64,000 nt of DNA from Thermodesulfobacteriota bacterium (GCA_049320885.1 JBMORA010000017.1:1-64000), one strand, 5' to 3'; shown: positions 40,234 through 49,882, numbered from the stretch's first letter. Numbers and translations: made by a program. Notes: generated from the letters alone by a model not told the origin.

Positions 40234-40878
40234 ATGAGAGACCAGTTCACAACTGCCGGCCGTTTGATCCTGATCGCCTTCATTCTATGCCTGGCGTCCT
40301 GCTACGGAGAATCGGGCGACGATTACGAAGATTACGGCCTTGTACTGACCGCGTTCGACAAAGAAACGGATTTTCAGGCCAACCGGACATACGCATTGCC
40401 GAATAGCGTGGAAGTGCTGCCGCCGGAAGACGATTCCGGTGATTCCGACCATGTCTATGACAGCCTGATATTGGCGGAAATCGAGTCCCACATGAACGCC
40501 TATGGATACGTCCGGGAAGAGGATCCTAGAACCAATCCGCCGGATATCTATCTTACCGTATCCCAAAGCACGACGGATTATTTTTACTACTGGGATTATT
40601 ATTCGTACGGCTGGTGGGGGACCGGCTGGTACTGGGGGTATCCCTGCTATGACTGCTATTCCACCATCGAATACGCCTATTCCACGGGAACGATATTCAT
40701 CAATATGGTCAAGACCAGTGAAATCGACGAAGAGAATCAAGTGGTTCCGTCCATCTGGTTCGCGGCCCTCAACGGTGTGCTGAATGCCGGGAAATCCGTC
40801 TCTTCCGGCATTCAAAGCGGCATCAACCAGGCATTCTCGCAGTCGCCTTATTTACGACATCCGTCAGCAACCGAATAG
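40234..40878 (+). CDS. DUF4136 lipoprotein (Tyr/Trp/Gly-rich insert)
   Basis: LASC lipobox, YSTGTIFINM, GINQAFSQSPYL. Confidence 0.8.
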   Translation: MRDQFTTAGRLILIAFILCLASCYGESGDDYEDYGLVLTAFDKETDFQANRTYALPNSVEVLPPEDDSGDSDHVYDSLILAEIESHMNAYGYVREEDPRTNPPDIYLTVSQSTTDYFYYWDYYSYGWWGTGWYWGYPCYDCYSTIEYAYSTGTIFINMVKTSEIDEENQVVPSIWFAALNGVLNAGKSVSSGIQSGINQAFSQSPYLRHPSATE

Positions 40879-40903
40879 AAGAACAGAAGATCGGGATACA
40901 ACC

Positions 40904-41506
40904 ATGAAATATCTAACCGCAGTGATGCTCCTACTCTTGTCGACCGGATCCGCTTTCGCAAAGGACGGTCTCTTCCATGTGACCTACAGCCTGGCGCAAC
41001 CCTCGGGGGCCATGACCGATGTCGTCGAGGACAAAAGCTATCGAGGTATCGAGTTCGGCTACCGCAAGTTCGCCAAACGCAACATCTCCTTCGGCATCAT
41101 GTCCGGCTGGAATTCCTTCGAGGACCGGTATTCAAATGTTTTTGAAATCCAGAACGGCCATATTTACGGAACGAAACGGACCTATCTGAACGCCTTCCCG
41201 ATCATGGTGAACGGTCACTACTACATCGGCGGCCACGGACCCCGTTTTTATATGGGGCTGAACGCCGGTACCATCAATATCCGCAAGGATGTATATCTCG
41301 GCATCTATACCGTGGACGAAGGCAACTGGCACTGGGCCATGGCGCCGGAAATCGGTTTTATCTATCCGTTCAAGGGGCATGGCATGCCGTGGCGGATAAC
41401 CTCCCTCTTTCTGAATGCCAAATACAATTACGCGTTCCGCGTCGGCGACACCATCGATTATACGTATTGGGGTCTCAATCTGGGTTTTTCCTTCGATGTG
41501 TATTGA
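40904..41506 (+). CDS. Outer-membrane beta-barrel (OmpW/OmpA-TM-like)
   Basis: Signal peptide, MAPEIGFIY, GLNLGFSF. Confidence 0.8.
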   Translation: MKYLTAVMLLLLSTGSAFAKDGLFHVTYSLAQPSGAMTDVVEDKSYRGIEFGYRKFAKRNISFGIMSGWNSFEDRYSNVFEIQNGHIYGTKRTYLNAFPIMVNGHYYIGGHGPRFYMGLNAGTINIRKDVYLGIYTVDEGNWHWAMAPEIGFIYPFKGHGMPWRITSLFLNAKYNYAFRVGDTIDYTYWGLNLGFSFDVY

Positions 41507-41534
41507 AAGCGGATCTCCGGTTCGGGGGAACTTC

Positions 41535-41570
41535 GCGGCGCCGATGGGTATCGGCGCCGCTTTTGTTTTT
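41535..41570 (+). terminator. Rho-independent terminator between convergent genes
   Basis: GCGGCGCCGAT-GGGT-ATCGGCGCCGC followed by TTTTGTTTTT. Confidence 0.85.
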
Positions 41571-42138
41571 AAAACGCCACGGTCAGGGAGACTTCCGGGT
41601 AGGTCTGGGACCCGTAATCATATTGTTTTTCGTCGCGGTCCAGATACTGCTCGTACACCACGCCCGCCCCGATATACAGGTTCCCTCCCGTGTTGTAATA
41701 CACTCCCGCCCGTAATCCCGCGGAATTGATATCATCGTAGGAGAGACTGATGGCGGTATAGCGGTAGAAGATCCCGGCATACGGTTTCAAGGCGGATTGA
41801 AGGCGCAGGACATAGCGCATTTCCGGGCTCACCTTGTAAATGACGGGGCTGTCGCCGATCCAGTATTCCGCGTCCAGGCCGAGTTCAAGGCAGTCGATGA
41901 TATAATAGCCTACGCCGCCACCGATGATGGTATAGTCGTTCTGGAAGGCGCTGCCCCACCCCACGGAAAGCGAGGTGCGGACCATGCCCTTACCGAAAGG
42001 ATCGGCGGTCGCCTGCTCGGAAGATATCGCCAGCATCGCCGGGATGGCCAGGAAGACCAGGAAAAGGCCGTGAAAAATGTGTTTCGCAACAGTGGGTATC
42101 GGGCGGGAATCGCCTGGTCGGACGGTTTGCGGATTCAT
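41569..42138 (-). CDS. Outer-membrane beta-barrel protein
   Basis: Signal peptide, GGGVGYYI, C-terminal YPEVSLTVAF. Confidence 0.7.
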   Translation of the reverse strand: MNPQTVRPGDSRPIPTVAKHIFHGLFLVFLAIPAMLAISSEQATADPFGKGMVRTSLSVGWGSAFQNDYTIIGGGVGYYIIDCLELGLDAEYWIGDSPVIYKVSPEMRYVLRLQSALKPYAGIFYRYTAISLSYDDINSAGLRAGVYYNTGGNLYIGAGVVYEQYLDRDEKQYDYGSQTYPEVSLTVAF

Positions 42139-42222
42139 GTTGTTCCTTTCCTGAAAAGACCTGCCGTTTTGGTTTTCCTCGCGTAAATGGCAGTTTATCA
42201 TATTAGCAGCGGGTTAAATTTG

Positions 42223-43737
42223 TCAAGTTCGAAGGCCCCGCAATCCTTCCCGGACGGCATTTTCCATGTCGGCCAACTCGCCATCGGTCAGAAACCCGAA
42301 ATGCGATTCCCTCTTTCTCGCCGAAAGACGACCATTGTTTTGCAGGCAGAGCTGGAAAAAGAGATCGATAAGGCGGTCAGGCATGTCTACGATCTCCTGA
42401 ATGGCCTGCTTGGTCCTGTCGTAATTCGCCAGAAAATCGAGTTCTTCCACCAGCTCGTGCTCGATGGTGAGTTTGACGAAATCGTACAACGCCTCCGCCT
42501 GAGCGGTCATGTCGATGTATCTGTACAGTGGTCCGGTCTCACCCGGCACGGTCATCTGGCCGAGATCGTCCAGGTCGTATTCAACCAGTCGCATCATCGG
42601 GTTTGAGAACGCCTCCAGGGAGTGATCATAAAGCGCCGGTTTTTTCAGCATGGCGGCGGAGACCGGGAACATGAGTCCCTTCGGGATCTCGCCGCGCAGG
42701 AACAGGATATTGTGAATGAGAAACCGATGAATACGGCCATTGCCGTCCTCGAAGGGATGCATGAAGACGAATCCGTAGGAGATGGCGGCGGCATGGATAA
42801 TGGCGGGAACCGCGCCTTCCTTCATCACCTGGTGGGCGGTGCGCAGTCCCTCCATCAATTCCGGGAGGTCGTCGGGCTTTGGGCAGACATAGTGAATGAG
42901 CCGCTTCTGGTAGGAAACAGTCTGACCGACGTAGTTCTGGTTGGCCCGGTAGTCCGTGTCCCGGAACCGGGGATCGACGATGCTGTTCTGTAAGTCGATC
43001 AGGAGCGGCTTCTCGCAAAAGTCCTTGTGCTCGGCCTTCTCCAGCAAGCCGATGAATTTCTCTGTCCGGGAGGCGCTCGGCTTGATGTGTTCGATCTCGA
43101 ATGAGGACTTGGTCTCTTTGTTATACAGGTAGCTTAGTGCCCGTCTTAGAAGCTCCGGTGGATAGGAGGTCACGACCTCTTCGCATCTTTTCTGCAGGTT
43201 GATCTCTTCCATGGCGGCGAGTTTTTCGGTACGCCGGATGATTGGACAAAAATTTTTCCCGCCAAGCATATTGTCGATGACCCTCTGACGTTGCACGCGA
43301 CGGCCGGGCGCTGCGGTGTAATAACGGTCCGGCTCAAGCAGCTCGATGTAATTTCCCTTGGTCAGATCCGGCAGCGGGAGTTCACGCCCGGTCAGAAATT
43401 CATACAGGAACCAGACCCTGCGGGCGTATTTCCCGGTCGGTTTCGAGCTGACCCAGGCCGCTATCTCGTCAGCCGGGACCACCTTGAAAAGGGCCGACAG
43501 CAGCCCCAAGTTGACGCCATCATATTTGAGGGCGAACTCCAGATGGTCACCTGTCCGGTCTCCAGGCCAATAAGACTGGGGATAGACGGATTCCACCTGC
43601 CCATCCTGAATGGTCGAGCGTAGCGTCCCCGTCGGGCTGACGGAGGACGTGTGCCAGTTTGGCAAAGCGCTCAAGTCGTGTTGCTTTATCAGAAATGCAT
43701 AGCCTGCCAGCCGGTTCTGTGTCGTGTCCAATGTCAT
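42223..43737 (-). CDS. Fic family protein (large type)
   Basis: Canonical HPFEDGNGRIHR motif. Confidence 0.93.
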   Translation of the reverse strand: MTLDTTQNRLAGYAFLIKQHDLSALPNWHTSSVSPTGTLRSTIQDGQVESVYPQSYWPGDRTGDHLEFALKYDGVNLGLLSALFKVVPADEIAAWVSSKPTGKYARRVWFLYEFLTGRELPLPDLTKGNYIELLEPDRYYTAAPGRRVQRQRVIDNMLGGKNFCPIIRRTEKLAAMEEINLQKRCEEVVTSYPPELLRRALSYLYNKETKSSFEIEHIKPSASRTEKFIGLLEKAEHKDFCEKPLLIDLQNSIVDPRFRDTDYRANQNYVGQTVSYQKRLIHYVCPKPDDLPELMEGLRTAHQVMKEGAVPAIIHAAAISYGFVFMHPFEDGNGRIHRFLIHNILFLRGEIPKGLMFPVSAAMLKKPALYDHSLEAFSNPMMRLVEYDLDDLGQMTVPGETGPLYRYIDMTAQAEALYDFVKLTIEHELVEELDFLANYDRTKQAIQEIVDMPDRLIDLFFQLCLQNNGRLSARKRESHFGFLTDGELADMENAVREGLRGLRT

Positions 43738-44107
43738 CGCACCTCAAAAAACCGTTACGGATCTCAAAAAATGATTACCAATGGCCATTATTTTATAAAT
43801 ATAATTATATTGGTAGCAATTTTCAAGAGAATTGTTTGTGAGTGGGTGGAATGCGGCCCCCAATGGGGGTGATCCTTAAAAAGCGTGTTTGTCTCTTAAA
43901 ATACGATTACAAATAGGCATTGTTCAAGAGAATCAGTTACCAAAGCGGTCAGGATACCGGTGGACGATGCACAGCCTTACGTGTTAAGGGCTCTTTTTTT
44001 ATTTCGACTGAAACGTGTTGAAATCAAGGCGGGTTTCCAGTAAGGAAAACGATATCCAGTGACAGCGGCAACCGAGCAACGAACCCCATCAGCGAAAGGA
44101 AAGCGGC

Positions 44108-44812
44108 ATGACGAAATCCATTGCAAGCAACCTGACCACCTCCGGTATCATTCTGATTTGTATACTGGCCTGGGCTGCGGTATCCCGGGCCGAATCCGAC
44201 CTGGAAAAGAACATGGCGGTGCAGGTCATGCTGGGGGCGACCAAATACGACGGCCTGGTCTTCGAGGAGCAGAGCGCCCAGGACCCCGCGACAACGGCCG
44301 AGGCGGAATTCACCTGGCTTCCGCTCATCGGCCTCAGCGGCCAGCTGCCGATCCTGAGAAATCGCATGGATTTCGGCCTGGAGGGCGGTCTCATGGGCGG
44401 CTGGAAACGCGACAGCACCTACGCTCACGGCCAGAATGGAAACGTCACCGTGTATTTCAAGAATTCCCTGTGGCTGGTGGATTTGTCCATGGGGCCGTAT
44501 CTCAGCGTGAACGTGAAGGACAAGGTCCGGCTCTACGGCGCCTGCGGCCCCATGCTCATGGGCGGTTCCTATACCCTGGAAGCCGAGGAAACCGACAGCG
44601 TGGAAGAGTACATCGAGGCCCGCAGCGATTCGGACTCGGTATTCGGTCCGGGGTTTTACGGACGGGCCGGGGTTGAATTCCGGCTGCCGGACAATTCCCT
44701 GATGGGTTTCGGCGTTCGCGTGTACACCGTGCAACTGGATTTCGGCAATATCGCCGGCACCCAGGATGTGAAAGCCGTCCAGTTCATGCTGACCTACACA
44801 ATAGGCGCCTGA
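44108..44812 (+). CDS. Outer-membrane beta-barrel protein
   Basis: Signal peptide, GFYGRAGVEF, amphipathic strands. Confidence 0.7.
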   Translation: MTKSIASNLTTSGIILICILAWAAVSRAESDLEKNMAVQVMLGATKYDGLVFEEQSAQDPATTAEAEFTWLPLIGLSGQLPILRNRMDFGLEGGLMGGWKRDSTYAHGQNGNVTVYFKNSLWLVDLSMGPYLSVNVKDKVRLYGACGPMLMGGSYTLEAEETDSVEEYIEARSDSDSVFGPGFYGRAGVEFRLPDNSLMGFGVRVYTVQLDFGNIAGTQDVKAVQFMLTYTIGA

Positions 44813-44883
44813 CCTGCGGGAAACGCATGGGCGGAAAATCCAATAACGCACCGGAGGGTGCAAGAAAAATGCGAGGGGCGACT

Positions 44884-45711
44884 ATGAACATGCGACGAAG
44901 GGCAGTTGTCATCCGGGCCATGACCGTCTTCATGGCCGGAGCGTTGTTATCGGCATGGGGCTGCGGGGCTGTTCAGAAATCCCGGGCGCCGCAGGAAACC
45001 GCCGGGCAGGAAATCCGGGGGCCCATCCGGGCGGGCATCACGCCCACTTATCCCCCCGTGATTTTCCTGGAAAACGGCAAGGTTTCCGGTATCGAGGCGG
45101 ATCTGGCCGAGGCCTTGAGCGCGGAACTGAAAACGCCGGTGGTGTTTGTGGAAAAGCCGTTCCCGGAATTGATCAGCTCCCTGGTCAGGGGGGAAATTGA
45201 CATGATCATGTCCGGCATGTCCGTGACGGCCAAGCGGGAAGCCCTGGTCCGGTTCGTCCGGCCGTATATGCATGTGGGCCAGATGGCCATTATCCGCAAG
45301 GAAGACCGGCAGCGGTTCGCCCAGCCGAAAGAAGCGATCTATGTGAATGGCTTGCGGGTGGGATACCAGAGCGGCACCACCGGCATGGCCTTCGCCGTGG
45401 AGAAATTGCTGCTGGCCGAGCTGGTGAAATTCGATTCGGCCGAATTCGGCCTTACGGCCCTCCGTGACGGCGGTATCGAAGTCTTTATCCATGATTCCCC
45501 CACGGCCTGGCGAATTCCCGCCAATGCGGCCTATTCCGATCTCATGGCGTTGACGGCTCCCCTGACCCGGGAACCGCTTGCCTGGGCCGTCCGCAAGGAC
45601 GACAAAGCCCTTGCCGACCGATTGAACGCCGTGCTGGACGCCTGGAAAAAGAACGGGCGGCTGGATGCCATCATCGGCCGCTGGGTGCCGGTTTCGCTGC
45701 AGATGAAATAA
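44884..45711 (+). CDS. Amino-acid-type ABC substrate-binding lipoprotein (SBP_bac_3), orphan
   Basis: WGC lipobox, PTYPP, GIEADLA, DMIMSGMSVTAKR, LAWAVRK. Confidence 0.88.
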   Translation: MNMRRRAVVIRAMTVFMAGALLSAWGCGAVQKSRAPQETAGQEIRGPIRAGITPTYPPVIFLENGKVSGIEADLAEALSAELKTPVVFVEKPFPELISSLVRGEIDMIMSGMSVTAKREALVRFVRPYMHVGQMAIIRKEDRQRFAQPKEAIYVNGLRVGYQSGTTGMAFAVEKLLLAELVKFDSAEFGLTALRDGGIEVFIHDSPTAWRIPANAAYSDLMALTAPLTREPLAWAVRKDDKALADRLNAVLDAWKKNGRLDAIIGRWVPVSLQMK

Positions 45712-45730
45712 GCAGCCGATAAGGGTTCCG

Positions 45731-48154
45731 ATGATGAAACGCCGCCGCAATTTGCTTTTTCAGGCCCTGTTTTGGATGGGTTGTTTCGCCGCCACCGGTG
45801 TCGCGGCTGCGGCCGCCGGAAGCGCCGCCGCCGTCAGCGGAGCGCTGATCCCGGACGGGGACGCGGTCCTGGAACTGCCGGAAAACGCCGCGCCGGAACA
45901 GGTGGAGAGAATCCTGGCCGGACTCAGTGACGAACAGGCCCGGCGGCTGCTCCTTGCGGAGCTGCGGAAGGCGACCGACCCGCGCCGGGAGATCGGCCGG
46001 CCGGAAGACACCGGAGGTGGCTCCTATCTGGATCGCATGGAAGGCGCCACGGATCGGATTCGGCGCCGGCTGAAGGAGTTTGTCGCCCATATCCCGCATC
46101 TGCCGAAGGAGCTCGAACAGGCATGGGCGCGTCTGACGGAAGGCGCCGGGTTACCGCGATTCGCAAGTCTGCTGCTGACCGCCATGGTTGCCGTGGCCGC
46201 CGGACTGGGGCTGGAAGCCATCATTTTCCGGAAGGTCTTGCATCATCGCCGGCGCTTCGTTTCCGGTCCGCGGCCCGGCGGATGGCAGAAAATGAGCGTC
46301 CATGGGTTATACGGCCTTTTCGATTTCATGGGTGTCCTGTTGTTCGCCCTGGCGGCATTGCTGGTTTTTCTGGTATTGCCCGGTTCCCGGGTCGCATCCG
46401 CCCGGCTGGTTTTCTTCGGTTTGCTGATCCCCCTGCTGGCCGGCCGGTTCGCGGCCGCTCTTGCCCGCATCTGGTGCTCCCCCGGCCACCCTGAATTACG
46501 TTTTTTGGACATGGACGACGTCACGGCGCGGAATCTGCACCGCTACATCATCGGATTCACTGCTTACACCGCCATGGCCCACACCCTGCATGCCGTTCTG
46601 AATATCCTGGCAGTGCATAAAGATACAAGCGAATTTGTCGTGCTGATCCTGGGGACCGCATTGCTTTTCACCCTTGGCCTGGTGATCGGACATCATCGAG
46701 CCGGCATCACCTCCGCCCTGTTTCCGGAGAGAAGTTCCGGCACGGAAGGAGTTTCGTGGATCCGGCAGCAGCTGGCGGCTGTCTGGCCCTGGCTGACCTA
46801 TGGATATCTGTTTCTGATCTGGCTGCTGGGGATGAACAAATTGATCATTCTGGAGACCCGCGCCAGGGGGGCCTTTTTGATCAGCCTTCTGATCGGCCCC
46901 ATCTATCTGGTATTGGACCAGGCGAGCCAATGGCTGGTCAAGACCACCATCGGCTCGCTGAAACCTGCCGGGGAGGGTGTTCAGCCGCCGCCGTTGGCCG
47001 GGGCGATGACGCCGGCGCCATACGCGGCAGGGGAACCGGAAACCCGCTATGCCCGCAAGGCTTCCATGGCGGTGCGGGTGATTCTCGTCATTTCCCTGGT
47101 TTTTTGGTTGCTGCAACTCTGGGACATGCGGATACCCTTTGGCGCAGCCCTGGTGCGGGCGGCTTTCAATATCTTTGTTACCTTGATATTGGCCCATGTC
47201 GTCTGGGTGGCCGCCGGGCGTTTCATCAACGAGAAGCTCATGGAAAGCGCGCCTCCGGAAACGGATAAAGCCGATTCGGACGTGGATGAGTGGGGCGCCG
47301 CCTCCGCGGCTGACCGCCGCCATACCCTCCTGCCGTTGCTGAAAAAAATTCTGGGCTCCACCATCGTGGTCATTGTTTCCTTGATTGTCCTGTCGTCCAT
47401 CGGCGTGGACATCGGTCCCCTTCTGGCGGGCGCCGGCGTCGTGGGCCTGGCCGTCGGTTTCGGGGCCCAGAAACTGGTCAGCGACGTGCTGTCCGGGGTA
47501 TTCTATCTGCTGGACGATGCCTTCCGCATCGGTGAATACATCGAAGCCGGAGCTGTTTCCGGGGTGGTGGAACAGATCACCCTGCGCAACGTCATGCTGC
47601 GGCATCACCGGGGCATGTTGCAGATCATTCCCTTCAGCGACCTGGGTTCGGTGACCAATTTCATGCGCGGGGGCATCGTGGTCAAATTCGATATCGAACT
47701 GCCCTATGACACGGATATCGAGCAGGTCCGGAAAATCATCAAGAAAGTCGGCGCCGCCATGCAGGAAGACCCGGAAATGGGGCCGGATTTCATCAGGCCG
47801 TTGAAATCCCAGGGGGTCAGGAGCGTGGGGGATTCGGTCATGACCTTCCGGCTGAAATTCACGGCCAAACCCGGCAAGCATTTCATCATCCGCCGGGAGG
47901 CGTTTCGGCGGATCACCGAGGCCCTGGCCAAGAAGGGCATCCATTACGCGCATCGGAAAGTGATCGTGGATTTGCCCGAAGCCCTGAAAGCCGATGGACA
48001 GAAACGGGAAAACGGAAGCAGCCGGACGGATGCCGAAGCCGGTTCCGGCGGTCAGACCCTGACCGCCGCGGGCGCAGCCGCCATTCAAACCATCCTGGCC
48101 GGGGAAAAGAAAGCGTCAGCGGAGAAATCGGACCCCGGTTCCGGCGATTTTTGA
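45731..48154 (+). CDS. Large MscS-family mechanosensitive channel
   Basis: PLLAGAGVVGLAVGFGAQKLVSD, FRIGEYIE, many TMs. Confidence 0.92.
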   Translation: MMKRRRNLLFQALFWMGCFAATGVAAAAAGSAAAVSGALIPDGDAVLELPENAAPEQVERILAGLSDEQARRLLLAELRKATDPRREIGRPEDTGGGSYLDRMEGATDRIRRRLKEFVAHIPHLPKELEQAWARLTEGAGLPRFASLLLTAMVAVAAGLGLEAIIFRKVLHHRRRFVSGPRPGGWQKMSVHGLYGLFDFMGVLLFALAALLVFLVLPGSRVASARLVFFGLLIPLLAGRFAAALARIWCSPGHPELRFLDMDDVTARNLHRYIIGFTAYTAMAHTLHAVLNILAVHKDTSEFVVLILGTALLFTLGLVIGHHRAGITSALFPERSSGTEGVSWIRQQLAAVWPWLTYGYLFLIWLLGMNKLIILETRARGAFLISLLIGPIYLVLDQASQWLVKTTIGSLKPAGEGVQPPPLAGAMTPAPYAAGEPETRYARKASMAVRVILVISLVFWLLQLWDMRIPFGAALVRAAFNIFVTLILAHVVWVAAGRFINEKLMESAPPETDKADSDVDEWGAASAADRRHTLLPLLKKILGSTIVVIVSLIVLSSIGVDIGPLLAGAGVVGLAVGFGAQKLVSDVLSGVFYLLDDAFRIGEYIEAGAVSGVVEQITLRNVMLRHHRGMLQIIPFSDLGSVTNFMRGGIVVKFDIELPYDTDIEQVRKIIKKVGAAMQEDPEMGPDFIRPLKSQGVRSVGDSVMTFRLKFTAKPGKHFIIRREAFRRITEALAKKGIHYAHRKVIVDLPEALKADGQKRENGSSRTDAEAGSGGQTLTAAGAAAIQTILAGEKKASAEKSDPGSGDF

Positions 48155-48178
48155 AACGGGGGATTGGGGAGGAAACGA

Positions 48179-48769
48179 ATGCAAGCGATGGAACCCATGA
48201 AAAGACAATGCCGGCGGTCCTGGCGGATGGCATGGAGTTTCCGGTTGGCCGCGGCGATGCTGCTGCTGATGGGATGCGCCCCGGCGCAAAAGAACTGGTC
48301 CAGCGTCCCGGCCGTGCGGTCGCTGGAAACGCCGTGCATGACCGTCCGGTTGGAGCTTATAAAGGAGAATCAGGCGTTTTTCACCTGGTTTCAATTGGAA
48401 GTGGTCAATCGGTCCGACCGGGACATCGTGATCGACTGGAACCGGACCCGATACATCTATAACGGGAAAGCGGCCGGCGGGTTTGTGTTTTACGGCATGG
48501 ACCCCCGAACCGTCAAGGAACAAACCATCCCGGACGAGGTGGTCGCTCCGGGCCGGAGCCTCACCAAAAAAATCGCGCCCCTGAAACTGGTGGCCTTGGC
48601 CCCCATGCGCGACCGGAACATCGCCCCGGACCAGGGCGGCATCAGCCCGGGGATCGTTCCGGCCGGCATCAACGGCCTGCGTCTTGCGGCAGCCTGCGGG
48701 GGAAAACCCGTCCGGAAAGAGATTGCGGTGACGGTTTCGGATGGTCAGCGGCCGGACCCGGCTCCGTAA
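48179..48769 (+). CDS. Hypothetical lipoprotein
   Basis: LMGC lipobox; start uncertain. Confidence 0.6.
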   Translation: MQAMEPMKRQCRRSWRMAWSFRLAAAMLLLMGCAPAQKNWSSVPAVRSLETPCMTVRLELIKENQAFFTWFQLEVVNRSDRDIVIDWNRTRYIYNGKAAGGFVFYGMDPRTVKEQTIPDEVVAPGRSLTKKIAPLKLVALAPMRDRNIAPDQGGISPGIVPAGINGLRLAAACGGKPVRKEIAVTVSDGQRPDPAP

Positions 48770-48898
48770 TGTCGACCCGCTCTGGAAAAACATGAGGTTA
48801 TATCAAAACGATCATATCGCGGTAACATGCCCGGTACGGACGGCCTTTCGCCTTGTTTTTCATCACAGCCGATAATATGTTCGATGAATTGAAAAACT

Positions 48899-49324
48899 AT
48901 GAATATCTCCTTCAAATACGGTATTGAAAATATTGATTGGGTGGCATTGTGCGAAATATTCAGGCTTGCGCCCCTCGGCACTCGTGAACCTGATAAATTG
49001 AAGATTGCGGCAGGAAATAGTCACACGGTCTGTTCAGCATATGTTGATCAGAAAATCATTGGTTTTGGACGCGCAATATCAGATAGCCAATATCAATCAG
49101 CCATCTATGATGTAGTCGTATTGCCAGAGTTTCAGAATCAAGGCGTTGGCAAATTAATCATGAAAGCACTTTTAGAGAAGTTACCGAAGAGTGGCCCCGT
49201 GTTGATATACGTTGCACCCGGAAAACAAGATTTTTATCGCAAATTTGGGTTTGGTAACTTAAAAACGGGCATGGGTTTATTCCCAAATCCTGAGATGTCC
49301 AGAGCAAAAGGATATCTGGAATAA
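48899..49324 (+). CDS. GNAT N-acetyltransferase; integron cassette gene
   Basis: IGFGRAISD, DVVVLPEFQNQGVGK, FYRKFGF; AT-rich; flanked by GTTCGATG (48879) and CATCGAAC (49330). Confidence 0.9.
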   Translation: MNISFKYGIENIDWVALCEIFRLAPLGTREPDKLKIAAGNSHTVCSAYVDQKIIGFGRAISDSQYQSAIYDVVVLPEFQNQGVGKLIMKALLEKLPKSGPVLIYVAPGKQDFYRKFGFGNLKTGMGLFPNPEMSRAKGYLE

Positions 49325-49330
49325 TGGAGC

Positions 49331-49401
49331 ATCGAACCATTTTCTGCACCTGACCGGTGTTCCGCTACGCTCCACAACGGCGGGTGAGAAATACGGTATG
49401 C
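49331..49401 (+). other. attC site with a mutated R' core (GGT for GTT)
   Basis: R'' ATCGAAC, spacer CATTT, L'' TCTGCACC (extrahelical G), central TTCCGCTACGCTCC, L' GGTGAGA, R' GGTATGC. Confidence 0.8.
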
Positions 49402-49453
49402 CCCAGAAAAATAAACTTAACCCGCAAATTGTTATTATATGTTATTATATGTG

Positions 49454-49483
49454 TTGACATAATGATATATTATGTTATATATT
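49454..49483 (+). promoter_or_regulatory. Sigma70-type promoter overlapped by a palindromic operator (TA autoregulation)
   Basis: TTGACA 49454-49459, TATATA/TATATT near 49476-49483, inverted repeat ACATAAT-N5-ATTATGT 49457-49475; ATG at 49488 implies a near-leaderless mRNA. Confidence 0.65.
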
Positions 49484-49487
49484 TTCG

Positions 49488-49554
49488 ATGAATGAAATCA
49501 TTAAAATTATAGAGATACAAGAGGTAAAAAAAACGAGATGAGCGTACGTACTGA
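49488..49554 (+). pseudogene. RelE/HigB-type toxin remnant (internal deletion plus 1-nt frameshift)
   Basis: MNEI joined to IKIIEIQEVKK/RDERTY*; EVKKRDERTY is a typical C-terminus of these toxins; the A8 run at 49526-49533 shifts the frame. Confidence 0.75.
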
Positions 49555-49882
49555 TCCTCAAATCATTTCACAAAACGGCAAACCCGCTTTTGCAGTCATT
49601 CCTTGGAGTGAATACCAGGCTCTAATTCATAAACAGGTCGAGCCTGATGAATCCGATGTCTGGTTTCCAAATGAGGTTGTAAAGGCCAATGTTCGAGGTG
49701 AAAGCCTGATCAAGGCATGGCGTGAATATTTCAAGCTTACCCAGGCAGAATTGGCCGCTAAAGCAGGAATGAAACAACCAGCCTTAGCAAGGATAGAAAG
49801 CGGTAATGCCAGCCCAAGAAAAACCACATTGTCAAAACTGGCAGAAGCAATGGGAATTAGTGTCGAGCAATTAATAGATTGA
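49538..49882 (+). CDS. HigA-like antitoxin (Phd-like N-terminus plus Xre HTH)
   Basis: NGKPAFAVIPWSEY; IKAWREYFKLTQAELAAKAGMKQPALARIE. Confidence 0.88.
   Translation: MSVRTDPQIISQNGKPAFAVIPWSEYQALIHKQVEPDESDVWFPNEVVKANVRGESLIKAWREYFKLTQAELAAKAGMKQPALARIESGNASPRKTTLSKLAEAMGISVEQLID

Noticed and set aside
43970..44002. Terminator-like hairpin with a T-run between divergent genes, suggesting a small RNA or riboswitch
   Set aside because: The stem is imperfect and no recognisable aptamer or promoter supports it.
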